Positions 1 through 12,157 of a stretch of DNA of 64,000 bases are shown piece by piece; position 1 is the first letter of the stretch; every line of letters begins with the position of its first letter. A model generated the notes under the pieces. It was given only the letters and a program-made list of their open reading frames with translations, was not told where the DNA came from and searched no databases. Origin of the DNA: Nageia nagi (lineage: Eukaryota > Plantae > Pinophyta); the NCBI GenBank assembly GCA_050084985.1, contig JBITNC010000001.1:69192001-69256000 (forward strand). The letters are read 5' to 3'. Made by a program: the position numbers and the translations under genes.

Positions 1-514
1 ATATGGTTTATGGTATCCTAGAGGAAAGGACTTTACACTTACTACCTTTTCAGATGCAGATTGGGCAGGATGCGTGGATGATAGGAAGAGCACCAGTGGA
101 GGAGCATTTTATTTGGGTAATAATCTTGTTGGATGGCATAGTAAAAAACAAGACTCAGTATCCCTATCTACAGTAGAAGCAGAGTATATAGTAGCAACTT
201 CTTGCTACATGCAGATTCTATGGATGAAGCAGATGCTAAAAGATTTTGGTATACAGATTAACGAGCCCATAACAATTCTGTGTGATAACACAAGTGCAAT
301 CAATATCTCAAAAAATCTTATTATGCACTCACGAACAAAGCATATAGCAATCAGATATCACTTTCTAAAAGAAAGAGTGGTGCAAGGAGAAGTACAATTG
401 GATTTTGTTCCAACCATAGAGCAAGTAGCAGACATCTTTACAAAGCCTTTGCCCAAAGACATCTTCAAAAATCTTCAAAACAAGCTAGGAGTTGTTGTCC
501 TTCCCAAGCATTAG
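1..514 (+). CDS. pol: Ty1/copia pol C-terminus (end of RT and RNase H), 5'-truncated by the window edge
   Basis: The frame reads YGLWYP..FSDADWAGCVDDRKSTSGG..WHSKKQ..SLSTVEAEY..CDNTSAI..HSRTKHIAIRYHF..QVADIFTKPL, which are canonical copia RNase H motifs. It is uninterrupted to the TAG at 512-514. Confidence 0.95.
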   Translation, partial: YGLWYPRGKDFTLTTFSDADWAGCVDDRKSTSGGAFYLGNNLVGWHSKKQDSVSLSTVEAEYIVATSCYMQILWMKQMLKDFGIQINEPITILCDNTSAINISKNLIMHSRTKHIAIRYHFLKERVVQGEVQLDFVPTIEQVADIFTKPLPKDIFKNLQNKLGVVVLPKH

Positions 515-537
515 CTAGTTCTGGACGTCACATTCTC

Positions 538-739
538 AGGGGGAGTGTTTATTTTTTCTTTCCTATATTGTTTCTGTGTATCTTGTTTTTGTGCGCATAC
601 TACTGATTTCCTGAGAATGTCATGTATGGACTTAGGGGGAGTTTGTAAATGCCCTTTGTTATTGTTGACAAAGAGGGAGAGAAAAGTCCCGATGTTGGTG
701 TCTGATCAAGTGGTGTTGCCAACAATTCCAAAGGGGGAG
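538..739 (+). promoter_or_regulatory. Multiple polypurine tracts (AGGGGGAG at 538, 634 and 732; AGAGGGAG at 672)
   Basis: Read directly from the sequence. The last copy abuts the LTR start. Confidence 0.85.
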
Positions 740-741
740 AT

Positions 742-2623
742 TATTGAGCATGGGTGATTGTCATTGTTGTCAACACGTGGTTCTGGAATGAAATGATAAA
801 GCTTAGTTGTGGAAAAATCTGGGTTTCGGAGAAGGTGAGAGTTGTTGAAAAGTTTGAGTTCCGGAGAAGGTGAGAGTTATGAAAAATTTGGGTTTCGGAG
901 AAGGTGAGAATTGTTGAAAAGTCTAGGTTCTGGAGAAGGTGAGAGTTGTGAAAAATCTAGGTTCTAGAGAAGGTGAGAGTTGTGGAAAAGCTCGAGTTCT
1001 GGAGAAGATGAGGTCAGCAAAGAGAAATTAAGGAGCTGGAACCAGTTAATTAAGTATTTCAGAAGTAGAGCATTCCAGAAATATGAAGATGACATCATGG
1101 GGAGAACAACGTTCACATTTTTGAATGAGCCTGGATCCCGAAAGCGATGAGGTCAGCAAGGGGCGACTAAAAGAGCCAGAGCCAGCAAGTAAAACATTCT
1201 GGAAGCAAGAGATGACATCACAGGGAGAACGATGTTCACATTCTTTAATAGAACAAGGTTTTAGAGATGATGAGATCAGTAAAGAGAGATTGAAAATTTG
1301 GAGTCCATAAAGTAAATGTTCCAGATTAAAAGGATGATGTCATAGAGGATAAAATAGTCATGTTTTGGTAAAGACCAGAGTCTGGAGATGATGACATCAT
1401 GGTGTAGGTGTTGAAAAGTCCAGAAGCCACGTAGATACATTGGAACTCTCTTTCAGAGTCTGAAGATGATGACATCATGGTGTAGGTGTTGAAAAGTCTG
1501 GAAAGCCATGCAAATACATTGAAACTCTCTTCCGGAGTCTAGAGATGATGACATCATGCGGGAAGCATTTTACTCTACTTTTGAAGTTCGAAGATGATGA
1601 CATCATGATGTATACAATAAACATCTGGTAAGCAAGACAAAGAGTCTAGGATTATCAGAAATACCATTATGAAGAAGAAAAGAGTCCAAAATTAGCAGAA
1701 ATACCATTATGAAGAAGAAAAGAGTCTAGAATTATTAGAAATAATCAGATACTATCAAATCTCTAAAATCAGTGGAGAAAGAGCTACATTTGTCTGAACA
1801 ACTCTATTTGAGCAAGAGGAGCGTTTATCAGTTACAGTAGTTGCAGTCTCAGATAGTGAACTCTCTTAGTGCAGGAGCAGTTACAAATAAAGATTCCTTT
1901 TCAGTTTGTTTTTGGTAACGTGTCATGACAGGAATAGTTTCATGAGGGGCTTTCTTGATGTGTAACAGTTTTTCAAAGAGAAGTGATGTATGAAAAGAAA
2001 AAATTATAAATTCTGAGGGAAGTGGTGTGAAGTGAAGGGCCAGTAGAGAAGAGTGATTGATGTGGTAAGAGCATGGAAGAGGAGAGGAGTGTGGAGAGAA
2101 GATTGGTTGTGGAGGTAATAGGGCGAAAGAGGGGAGTATCAGGAGAACATGAAGTGAGCAAATGAATATGCAGATAGGAGTGTGATTGTTTAAGTGTGTT
2201 ACTTTGGAGCTATGTGCAAAGATAAAATAGTGAACATTAGAGCTAGACCATTGAGGGTCTTCTAGAACTGTATTCTTTCCTCCTTTTTGAATGTTGTCTC
2301 AAGTGGGTGCTTGAGAGCTAGAGTTGGTGCTCCAAGCAGTAGGTGTTGCTATTTGCAAAGTGGTAGTTGGTGCTACCCTTCACAGTTGGTGCTGTGAATC
2401 TGTAAGCTTTCTTTAATGGCTAGATTTGGATTGGTGTCCAAGCAGTCATTTTCGAGGATGTAGCCAATCTGGTGAACCTCGTTACATCTGGTGTTGTGTG
2501 ATGTACTAGTGTGCTTGCTCAATTTTCTCTAGCTTTTAATCTGTCTTTATTTAAGAAGGTTAAATTGATTATTTTTATATACACTGATTCAGCCCCCCTC
2601 TCAGTGTCACTCAAAGTCCAACA
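742..2623 (+). repeat. 3' LTR (~1.9 kb) of the Sirevirus-like element
   Basis: Starts T(A)TTG (mutated TGTTG) after the PPT and ends CCAACA. It contains the GATGTAGCC..GGTGAACCTCGTTA motif (~2457-2484) and the C-rich terminal signal (2587-2601). Confidence 0.8.
805..1745. repeat. Stacked tandem arrays inside the LTR U3: ~33-bp x6, ~130-bp x3, ~78-bp x3, ~40-bp x2-3
   Basis: GGAGAAGGTGAGAGTTG units at 805-1010; GATGAGGTCAGCAA units at 1007-1380; GATGATGACATCATGGTGTAGG units at 1378-1610; AGAAATACCATTATGAAGAAGAAAAGAGTC units at 1640-1745. Confidence 0.9.
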
Positions 2624-3119
2624 AAAACTTAGTGGAAAACATTTGAAAGCATTATTCAAATAGATATTAATCTTTATCACAACAAGTTTTAACATCATTT
2701 ATATGGAGAGAGATAGTTTGAAGAGCTATACCCTACTACAAAATGATGATATCTCTAGCACTTAGCTAAGGAAAGAACCCAAAAATAATTTTGTGTACTG
2801 TTCATAGTACTCATGACTCTACTTAAAAAGAAGGATTGGAACATTAAGCTAGCAAATATACCAAAAAAGCTAAAGCAATATCTTATTACCTAAGCTTTAA
2901 AATACATAGGTACTTTTTGGATTTAGATTTATTTGTTAAAAGCTAAGGAAGTTCCTTAAATTTGTTATTATTGAGTTTCAAATTTGATAAGTTATTTCCA
3001 TGAGTGAATATTGAAAATAAATGCTAAAGGTGGCCCCATATACCTATGGAATATTAATAGGTATAAAGCTTTATATGTATGAGGTCTAGATATTTTTATC
3101 CCATATCCTCAAAAAATCA

Positions 3120-3350
3120 TATGCTTATTGCTAAAATTCCATGGTTATCCTAATGAAAATTATGTAACCTTTTTTGATGATCTCAGTGATACATTAGAAA
3201 AGTTTGAAGTTGAATAGGAAGATGTGGTTATGATACTATTTTTTGAGAGATTGATAGATAATAAGAGAACATGAATAGAACATATTGATCCTCATTCTAT
3301 TACTAAATTCTCATCTTTAAGAGATAAATTCATAAGGATATTTATGAGGA
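3120..3350 (+). pseudogene. gag: Degenerate retrotransposon gag fragment of an older host element
   Basis: Manual translation LLKFHGYPNENYVTFFDDLSDTLEKFEVE*EDVVMILFFERL..SITKFSSLRDKFIRIF resembles the Retrotrans_gag pattern. Confidence 0.6.
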
Positions 3351-4042
3351 AATAAAAAGTTTTTTTAAACCTCATAAGAAACATCCATATTTTTATTCTA
3401 CATGTGAACTTCCTCATGATCCTTCACATTGTTTTCAATTCATAAAAATAAATCATAAAAAGCCAAAGGAGAGAAAGAGTTTAGAAGTGAAGAATCAAAA
3501 TGAAACATATAAATTAGTCATGCCTACACCAATGCACCATTATAGTTCATTGAGTTTGAGGAAACAACTTATGATATGGTTATTTAAAAGATAATAAATA
3601 CTATTTATAAAGAACAACTTGATGATTTTATACAACAATATGGCTTCTCTAGGTTCAAGAAATAATATTTCTCAACCAAGGTTGTTAAGAAGGAATTAAT
3701 AGATGTTTCTCCATATGAAAAAGAACTTGGACATGCTTCTTTGCAAACTAGTAATGGATATGAAGCTCATGATTATAAATATATTCAATATATGGATAAT
3801 GAGTTATTTTTAAGGGATGAAGTATTTTAAAAAAAAAAGGCCTATTGATGGACAATTTTCTTACAATAAAGACTAAAAAAAATCTTTTCAAAAAGATAAT
3901 TACCCTTTTGTTAAAATGAGTGATGACATATTCCTTGATTAAAATGTAAAAAATTATAAGAGGAATCAATTTTAACTCAAGAAGATTATGATGACCCTTT
4001 TAATAAAATAGATGATGATATAATCTTATTTGGTAAAAATAT

Positions 4043-4771
4043 TAGGAACACCTAAAAATGAATTTTAATTTAATTAAAATACCCTTTTCTGTATTCAAAA
4101 TTATTTATTTAATTTATTAAATAAATGTTCTTTTCAATGTGCACCCACATCTACCTTTATGTTTTATGGTAATAGGTCAACTTGACATCACAATAAGCCT
4201 AAGGAGGATCCTTACCACTAGACATGTTGCCTATAAAGGTGAAGGGTTTGTACATGATTAAATATATGACATGACATGACATACTCTTGAATCCATGATA
4301 AGTGGCAATATACTTGTGTAATTTTTTATTAGTGTTTCTTAATGCCACCTATAATTTCTAGTTTTTGTTATACTCTGAGCTCTACAATCCTATGATCTTC
4401 TATCCATTCATGAGTGAGATTCCATGCATAGCAAGTGGGATGATGACATCAAGAGAAAGGGTAAGGTATTATGGAATGGTAATGAGGTGGCATTTCTAGG
4501 TTCCTAGCATTGATGTTGGGTTGAGGTCATATTTTTTGGCTCTATTCTTTGGATAAACTCATCCTTCATCATCTTTCAATTGGATATCACCTTGGATCAT
4601 TATCATACATAAAGTACAAGTTTGTATCTTTTGTAAATCTAGTTTTGATAGTTCAAAGTAAATTAGGTCATTTTCATCTTTCATATCATTTACTTTATGT
4701 TAGTTTACAATTAATTAGTTAAATTTAATATTCTATAAATAATCTTAATTATTATTATTTCAGTTATAACA
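4043..4771 (+). repeat. 5' LTR of element A
   Basis: Aligns along its length with 12158-12820, which has a ~50-bp deletion. Ends GTTATAACA and is followed by the PBS. Confidence 0.9.
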
Positions 4772-4773
4772 AT

Positions 4774-4786
4774 TGGTGAACCTAAC
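4774..4786 (+). promoter_or_regulatory. Primer-binding site (tRNA-Trp type) of element A
   Basis: TGGTGAACCTAAC is a decayed match to TGGTGAACCCGAC, the complement of the plant tRNA-Trp 3' end (recalled sequence). Confidence 0.7.
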
Positions 4787-5399
4787 TTCTTTTTGATATA
4801 ACATATTATTCTTCACTAGTTGCACCAAAACCCTAGGGTTTTGGATAGGACTAATCTTTCATTTCAAGTATTTCATAAATATAACCAGCTAAGTTTCTCA
4901 CTATGGTAAATAGCTTTGATGAGGTAACCAAAGATAATTTGAAGAAAATTTTATATAAAAATGAATAAAGAAGTGAGGCCTCTAACATTGGATGCAATAG
5001 TCGATTGATCTAATGTGCTCCATGCATCCCTAGAGATTCGAATCCACTATGTGATGAAAATTATAATACTAGTGTAAAGATTGTAAAATTAGACAACATA
5101 ATTTTATTTTTTAAATATTTTTACATAATTAAACCTTTTACAAAATCCATTTCACCATGGGTATTAAAATGTAAGTAATTCTCATATAATTTAAATGTAC
5201 AATTTAAAGGTCTCTTTACACTTTATTGTAAAATGGATCCCATGGCATTCTAACATGATGATCCACACTTATTTTTGCAAAAATAAATTTTAATGCAAAT
5301 AACTTAAATTGCATTAAAGTGATGTGTTACACATTGTTAATGTATAAATGCATAATTTCAAAGCTCAAAGGGTAACTATTTCACCATCATTCCAGAATT

Positions 5400-8300
5400 A
5401 CCACATTATACAAAATTATCTAAATTTTTTAAAAGGAGGGTCATGAAAACTAAGGCACCTGATTTGTAAGTAGAACCTATGGATCATATCAAAGCTTTCA
5501 AGATGAATATTGGACTAAAATTTTGGGTGAATTATAATTTGATGGGGAAATACTTTCCCACTACATTCAGAGGTGATGTACTCAATTAGTACTTCTCTTT
5601 AACTACTAAATCTATTAATTGCTATGCATAACTTATCTTAGAATTTTATATCCATTTCAAATATCATGCTCATATACAAATGATAGTTTCAAATTTAGTT
5701 AGTGTTATCCAAGGTCCAAATGAGATATTTGATGAATTTTCATAAATATCCTAAACAATATGGAGCATGATTCATGAACCCTTATTCGAGTCTCATGTCA
5801 CATCCATGTTTTTCCAAAATATCCATCCTAAATTAAAGTTCATAGCTTTGGATTATATGACACTACCATTTAAAAAAATTATGCATAGGCTAGCTCAAAA
5901 GGAGAACTTCTTAGTTGATATGGGTGAATTGAAATATGGAAATACTAATAAGGAAACCAAGGGAGGTAGACATCAGAAAAAGGAAGATAAAGAGTTCCAT
6001 GCCATAAATGAGCCCCCATATAAAGAGCAATAAAAGAGTCAAGGAAAGCAAAATTTTAGGAAGAAAACTAGGTTACCAGTAGCTCCTACCATTATGTTTA
6101 AGGATTTAATTCAAAAGGGACTAATCAAGCTTGATGTGAAATAAGAACTAAATATTAATGATGATAAGCCTAGTTTGCACAATGAAGAAATTTTTTGCAA
6201 ATATCTCAAGGTTAAAGGTCATATGAAAAATGCATACATGATCCTAAGGAAATAATTATCGAAATTGTTGGATGATGGTCAAATATAGTATGAGGCCCAT
6301 GTAGTTGAATCAAAGGAAGCTTAATCCCTCATAATGAATGTCATATTAAACCAAAAACTATGTGGCACTACTAGGAGAGGAAGGCCAAGAGGGAGCATCA
6401 ATCTGGCCATGGCAAAATGAATGGCAGTCCCTTGCAATTTTGGTATGCAATAACTCCTTGAGAAACTAAAGGTAACTCATACCAAGATAAGTATTTTTGA
6501 ACTTTTACAATTATCAATTTATTATAATAATGCTTTATTTGATGTGATAAAGAAAACTAAATTTGATGCAGAATTATTGTTGCTAAATTTATGGAGTTGT
6601 TAGGCAATCTTGATAGTAATTTAGTATGTAACATGACTTGCTTTCAAGAAAGTGAATTACCTAGTGAAGATTTTATTAAGAAGAATTTAGGACTATATAT
6701 CCATATAAATATTGATGGTATTCCTATTAAGAAATCATTGATTGATACTGGGTTAAATATGAACGTATGTTCCATTGAATTATTGCAAAAGTATTTTTTT
6801 TCAATTTATGTAAAAATAAAAAGAACCACTATTAGCATAAAAGGGTTTGATAATATTGAAAAGTAATGTATTGGATATGTTTCTCTAGCTATTGAAGTAG
6901 GTAGTAAAATTATTAATAAAAAATTTTATGCTTTTCAAGTGAAATTGCCATACAACCTAGTTCTTGGTAGACCATAGATCCATTAAATTAAGGTTGTTAC
7001 TTCCACTTTGCATTGGTTAATTAAGTTTGTGTACAAAGAAAAGAAAGTATTATTCATGTATAAGATAATACTACAAATGTTTTTTAAGTATATAAGAGGT
7101 TTTGTATCCCTCTTGATTTGGTTGAAAGTGAGGAGGATGTACCAACACCTATCAACGATGTCACTTTGCAAGAGGTAGGTCTTGGAGCATATAAAATTTT
7201 GAAGATTGATGTATGGGAGAATTTGAAGAAGATTGGATGACTTATTTCTATCCTATAAATGTAGTGCTACTTCCTAAAGAGAGATAAAGTTGAGCACCAT
7301 TATTCCATTCCTAATAATAATGATGACCCCATTAAAGAAATGAATGTTCTTTATTAGGAACATGAAGGAAAAAGTGTATGCAACAATGAAGATACAACTT
7401 CTATTTTGCAAATTTCATTAGGCTAGGTAAGTATACATTTTAATAGTATCTAATTTTTGCTAACCAATACATGCATATATATCAATATGGTGGAAAATTA
7501 TTAGGTAAGAATGAGCAGGGTATCATAGAGCCTATTCCAAATGAATATCAACATAAGAGAACAACTGATGTTGGATTTGATGAAGCTACAGCTAGCTCAT
7601 ACTCATCAGCTCTAATAATTCAACATGTTAATATGAGTGATCATGGATAGATTAGAGATATCTTTGATGGGTGGTTGTGTTATGGTAAGATGCATGATCC
7701 TATGGAGGAGTTATAAGATTACTATGCAAACCCATTCTTACCTCTTATAACTCTGATATGAGTAGACATTTTCTAGAATGATGATGCTATCCTTGAGAAG
7801 CTAGGGGCATAGAATGAGTTCCCCAAATCCAATAAAAAGAGGCTCACAACTTGGTTCATGTGACATCAAGCTTAATTTAGTGAGGGGATTTACATAGATG
7901 ATGCAAACATTGCAAGTTAGATCATTACCCTTATTTTCATTTTTTGTTCATTTTTTTGTTAAATTAGTATTGGTCCTAGGTTATGTGTATTCTATATTCA
8001 ATCATTATATTTCTATAATGGGATGATGTCACTAGGATCCTAGAGCCACCACTCCATTATTTGCATCTCCTATGACTAAGTTTGGGTGCAATAATGGGGG
8101 CATTGCCTATGTCTCCCCAAATTAATGATGAAATGTTTGATCTTAGTGAAGAAATAGTAGACGTAAACATCAATACCTAAGAGGACCCTAAGTTGATTAA
8201 AATAGGAGCTTGTTTAATCTTGGAAGAATTATAAAGGTACTTCCTACTATTAAAGAGTTCTCTAATATTTTTTCTTGATCTTATTTTGATATACTTGGTC

Positions 8301-11222
8301 TTGATCCCAATTTTGTCACTCATAACCTAATTATAAATGAAAATGTGAAATTAGTACAATAAAAGCCTAGAAAGATGTATCTTAAGGTAGCCTTTGCTAT
8401 TAAAAAGGGAATAAAAAATTATCCTATTATTGGTTTTATTATTCCTATTAATTATTTCCCTTATATTTCTATCATTGTTCCTAGAGCTAAGCCTAATGGT
8501 GAAATAAGATGTTATACAAATTTTAGGGATATCAATAAGGCATGTGCTTAAGATATCTTTCATTTTTCTAGCATTGATATTATTATAGATTCAAATATAG
8601 GCCATAAGATATAGTATTTCATGTATGGTTTTTCTAGCCATAATCAAATAAGTATCAATAAGGAGGATCAACAAAAGATATCTTTTATTACTCCTTGGGG
8701 TACATTTTGTTGGGTGGTCATGCCTTTTGGTCTAAAGAATGCAAGTGCAACTTATCAAAGAGCAATGGTGAGTATGATCCATGATATGATCCATGACAAT
8801 GTTAAGGTGTATATTGATGATATCCTAGCAAATTCCATAGCCAAATATATTCACATTTCAAATTTGAGAAGGATCTTCCAAATGATGAGAGAATACAAGT
8901 TGAAGTTGAAGCCTCAAAAGTGCACATTTGCAATCTCATCAGGTAAATTGCTTAGTTTTATTATTTCAAGAAGAGGTATTGAGGTAGATACCAATAAAGT
9001 TTTAGGCATTATTGATTTTCCTCTTCGTAATAATTTGAAAGAGTTGAGAAGTTTTCAAGAAAAAATTCAAGTAGTCAAAAGGTTCATTACTTAGTTAGTA
9101 AATATGACTTCTCCATTTTCTTATTTGCTAAAGAAAGGTGAGAAATTTGTTTGATATGAAAAGTGTCAATAGAATTTGGATAACATCAAAAGGTACTTTA
9201 CCAATGCTCTAGTATTATCCCTCTATAATTTAGATAAGAGTTTGTTAATTTATGTTTTAGTAAGATTAAATGCATTAGGGAAAATGTTAGCTCAACAGTA
9301 TGATAATAATAAGGAAAGAGTAATTTATTATATTAGTAAAACTTTACTTGATTATAAGACAAGGTATACTCCTATAGAAAGATGTATTTTTCTACAATAT
9401 TCTTAACTAAAAATATAATACATTACATTCTTGGAAACACTACATATATCATAGCTCAAGCTGATCCTCTTAGATATGTCATGTCCAAATCCTACCTATT
9501 TGAAAGAGCTTTAAAATAGGTAATGTTGCTCCAAGAGTTCAATTTGTCTTTATCAATCATAAATTGATAAAGGGATAGGCCATAGAATAATTCATCACCA
9601 ATCATACTAGAAATGAAGTATCTTGGACCTAAGAAGAGTTCCTAAATAAAATAAATGGCTAGAATGATCATGAACCTAGTACCATCATTATAGTCCTACA
9701 TTACCACTTTGTTACTAAGCCTGAGGATCCATAAGTTTTTGTTGATTTTGTGGAAAGTTATGAATGGAATTTTTCTTTGATGGTTCCAAGTGTGTTCATA
9801 GGGAAGTGGTAGGAATAATCCTCATAAATCCTCATGGTGATGTTATCCCTATGTCTTATCATTTAAGTTTTGATTGCATTAATAATATGGTAGAATATGA
9901 GGCTTCTTTCATAGGTATAAAGGTTGTAATACTTATGAAAGTAAAAATAATTAAACTATTTGATGATTCTTAACTCATTATGAAATAAGTTTCCAACATC
10001 TACAACACTAAAGATGCTAAGTTGCAATGGTATAAAGAAATGGTGGAAAATCTTCTCATCTACTTCAAGGAGTATGAAATTAATAATATTCTAAGAGAAA
10101 ACAACATTTATGTTGATAATATTGTTAGTGTTGTTTCCCTTGCTATTATTAATATCAAAGATGAGAATACTATTCTTACAATAATAAATATAGTGCTAAA
10201 TTTGTTTATCAAAAGTTGCTTAAACTAGAATATTATTGGTATACTGTTCTTGAATATTATTATGAATTGCATGTTAATAAATGTGAGCAATGTCAAAATA
10301 ATGTTAAGCTTCAACTTTCTCCTTCTTATGGTTTGAATTCTATTATATCCCCTTGGCCTTTTTTTTATATAGGCACTTGATTTTATTGGTAAATTTAACC
10401 CTATTTCAATATATGGCCATAATTTTATCATTATAGCTACAGAATACTTCATGAAATGGGTGGAGGCAATACACATGAAGTTTGCAAAAGGAGATAAGAT
10501 TGTTGAATTTATCATTTATAGATATGGTGTTCTTTCTAAATTGTTCATGGATAATGGTCTAAGCTTTAAAGGTAATGAAGTTGAAGAACATTGTGAAAAA
10601 TATCATATTGAAAGAAATTCTCTACACCATATTATCTCTAAGGTAATGGTCAATTCAAAGCATCTAACAAATTTATTAAAAGTATATTATCTAAAATTGT
10701 TGCAAAACATGATAATAATTGGTATGAATAATCACCTTATGCTTTGTAGGCCTATTTAACAAGCATTAAGACTTCTATAGGGGAAACCTCTTTCTCCATA
10801 ATGTATGGTGATGAAGCCATAATTCCATTAGAACTAGAGATCCCATCACTTTGTGTATCCTTAGATGGTCTCATTCCAAATTAAGATAGAAGAAAAAATA
10901 GATTAGCCCAACTAGATGTCCTACATGAAAGAAGGGTTAATGCTCTACAACACCTCCATGTCTATCATTCTAAAATCCAAAATGCCTATAGCAAAAAGAT
11001 CAAGTATAAAGAGTTCAAAGTTGGTGACCTAGTCCTAAAAGGAAACCTTGCCAACACTAAAGCTATGGAAAATGAAAAAAATATAAGTTTGAACCTAACT
11101 AGATAGGTCCTTACATTATCATTGCAAATTATGCAAAAGGTGTGTATAAATTATCTACAATTCAAGGTAAAGAAGAACTAAATCCAATTAACGTTATGAA
11201 CTTGAAAAAGTTTTATGTCTAA
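5400..11222 (+). pseudogene. gag-pol: Disrupted gag-pol of element A: gag ~5400-6290, protease ~6690-7040, G-patch ~7470-7580, RT ~8150-9090, RNase H ~9200-9600, archaeal-type RNase H ~9760-10140, integrase ~10200-11220
   Basis: LIDTGLNMNV (PR); FITPWGTFCWVVMPFGLKNASATYQRAM..VYIDD (RT); ERVIYYISKTL (RH); FFDGS..NNMVEYEA (aRH); KWVEAI..RYGV..MDNG (INT). Many stops and frameshifts, plus a deletion of the integrase HH segment at ~10190. Confidence 0.9.
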
Positions 11223-11479
11223 TATTTTTAATAAAAAAGGTGTATTTTTCATCTTTTGATACAAATATTTTAGTAAAAATAAGCAATAATCCAGTGACAT
11301 CGCTATGTTCTTGGCAATGTCATTAGGTTCAAATAGTGAAAATTATCCAAAACTTCATCATTTGTTCAAAATGATGGTTAAAAGAAAAAAAGGTATTTCA
11401 TTTCCTTTTCATAACAAATTGATTATCATAAATGATACCTTTCAAAATATGTCAACTTTATTTCTTGTATCATTATTCA

Positions 11480-11780
11480 TATCATTTGACATCTTTGTAA
11501 AGAAGAGTCATTCTTATCAAAACTTCTATGGAAACATGGTAGCTTAAGAAACCAAATTGATTACTCATATCATTGGCATCCTTTTTTTAAAAAGGGGTAA
11601 TCTTATCAAAAAATCAATGAAAACATGGTGGCTTAGAAAACCAAGTTCATCACTCTTATCATTTTTATGCCTTTGTAAGGAAGGATCAATCTTATCATTT
11701 GGCACCTTTGTAAGGAAGGGATATCCATATCAAAAATACATGACAACATGGTAGCTTGGAAAACCAAGATGATTACTTTA
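11480..11780. repeat. ~87-bp tandem repeat (about 3 copies) in the 3' UTR of element A
   Basis: Recurring TTATCAAAA..AACATGGT(A/G)GCTT..AAACCAA units. Confidence 0.75.
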
Positions 11781-12157
11781 AATTGGTTATTCATCTTTGT
11801 AAAATATTAGTGGATAAGTCACCAAGGATAGGTTTTCTTTCTTATCACTTACATAATTTCCATATCATATTGTTTAATAACTATATTTGGGATATATTGT
11901 GTAAAAATGTTTCTTGTCTAAGCTCTTTTTAGGTTCCTTTTTCTTTTCCTTGGATTACTCCTATGATAAGAGTTACATCATGTCACAACCAAGTAAAAGA
12001 GAGGGCATAATATAGATGAAAAATCAAGGAATCCAAATCTACTACCATAAGATTAATTTTTAGGGAGTACTTTCTTATTTTCCTTGTTATACTTTGAATT
12101 TATGCTTTGATTATCTTTTATCTCGAAAGCATCAAACCATATTTAAAGTGGGGCATT

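Larger units (their letters stand above)
1..2623 (+). mobile_element. Sirevirus/SIRE-like Ty1/copia LTR retrotransposon, 3' part
   Basis: Copia RNase H; multiple AGGGGGAG PPT octamers; an inverted repeat across the PPT/LTR junction; C-rich ATTCAGCCCCCCTCT near the LTR end; LTR ends ...TCCAACA. Confidence 0.85.

Noticed and set aside
545-757. 70-aa ORF after copia pol as a possible env-like gene
   Set aside because: It has a GTG start, is short and runs across the PPT array into the LTR, with no convincing env features.
805-1010. Regular 33-bp repeats resembling a CRISPR array
   Set aside because: The units are head-to-tail with no unique spacers, lie inside a plant LTR, and no cas genes are present.
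10225-10515. Minus-strand ORF, and similar ORFs at 20702, 20965, 25761, 26914, 28508, 28733, 30765 and 50975
   Set aside because: These are shadow frames opposite recognisable gag-pol sequence.
11305-11754. Two ORFs downstream of element A integrase
   Set aside because: They overlap the 87-bp tandem repeats, show no motif and are not supported by a second copy.
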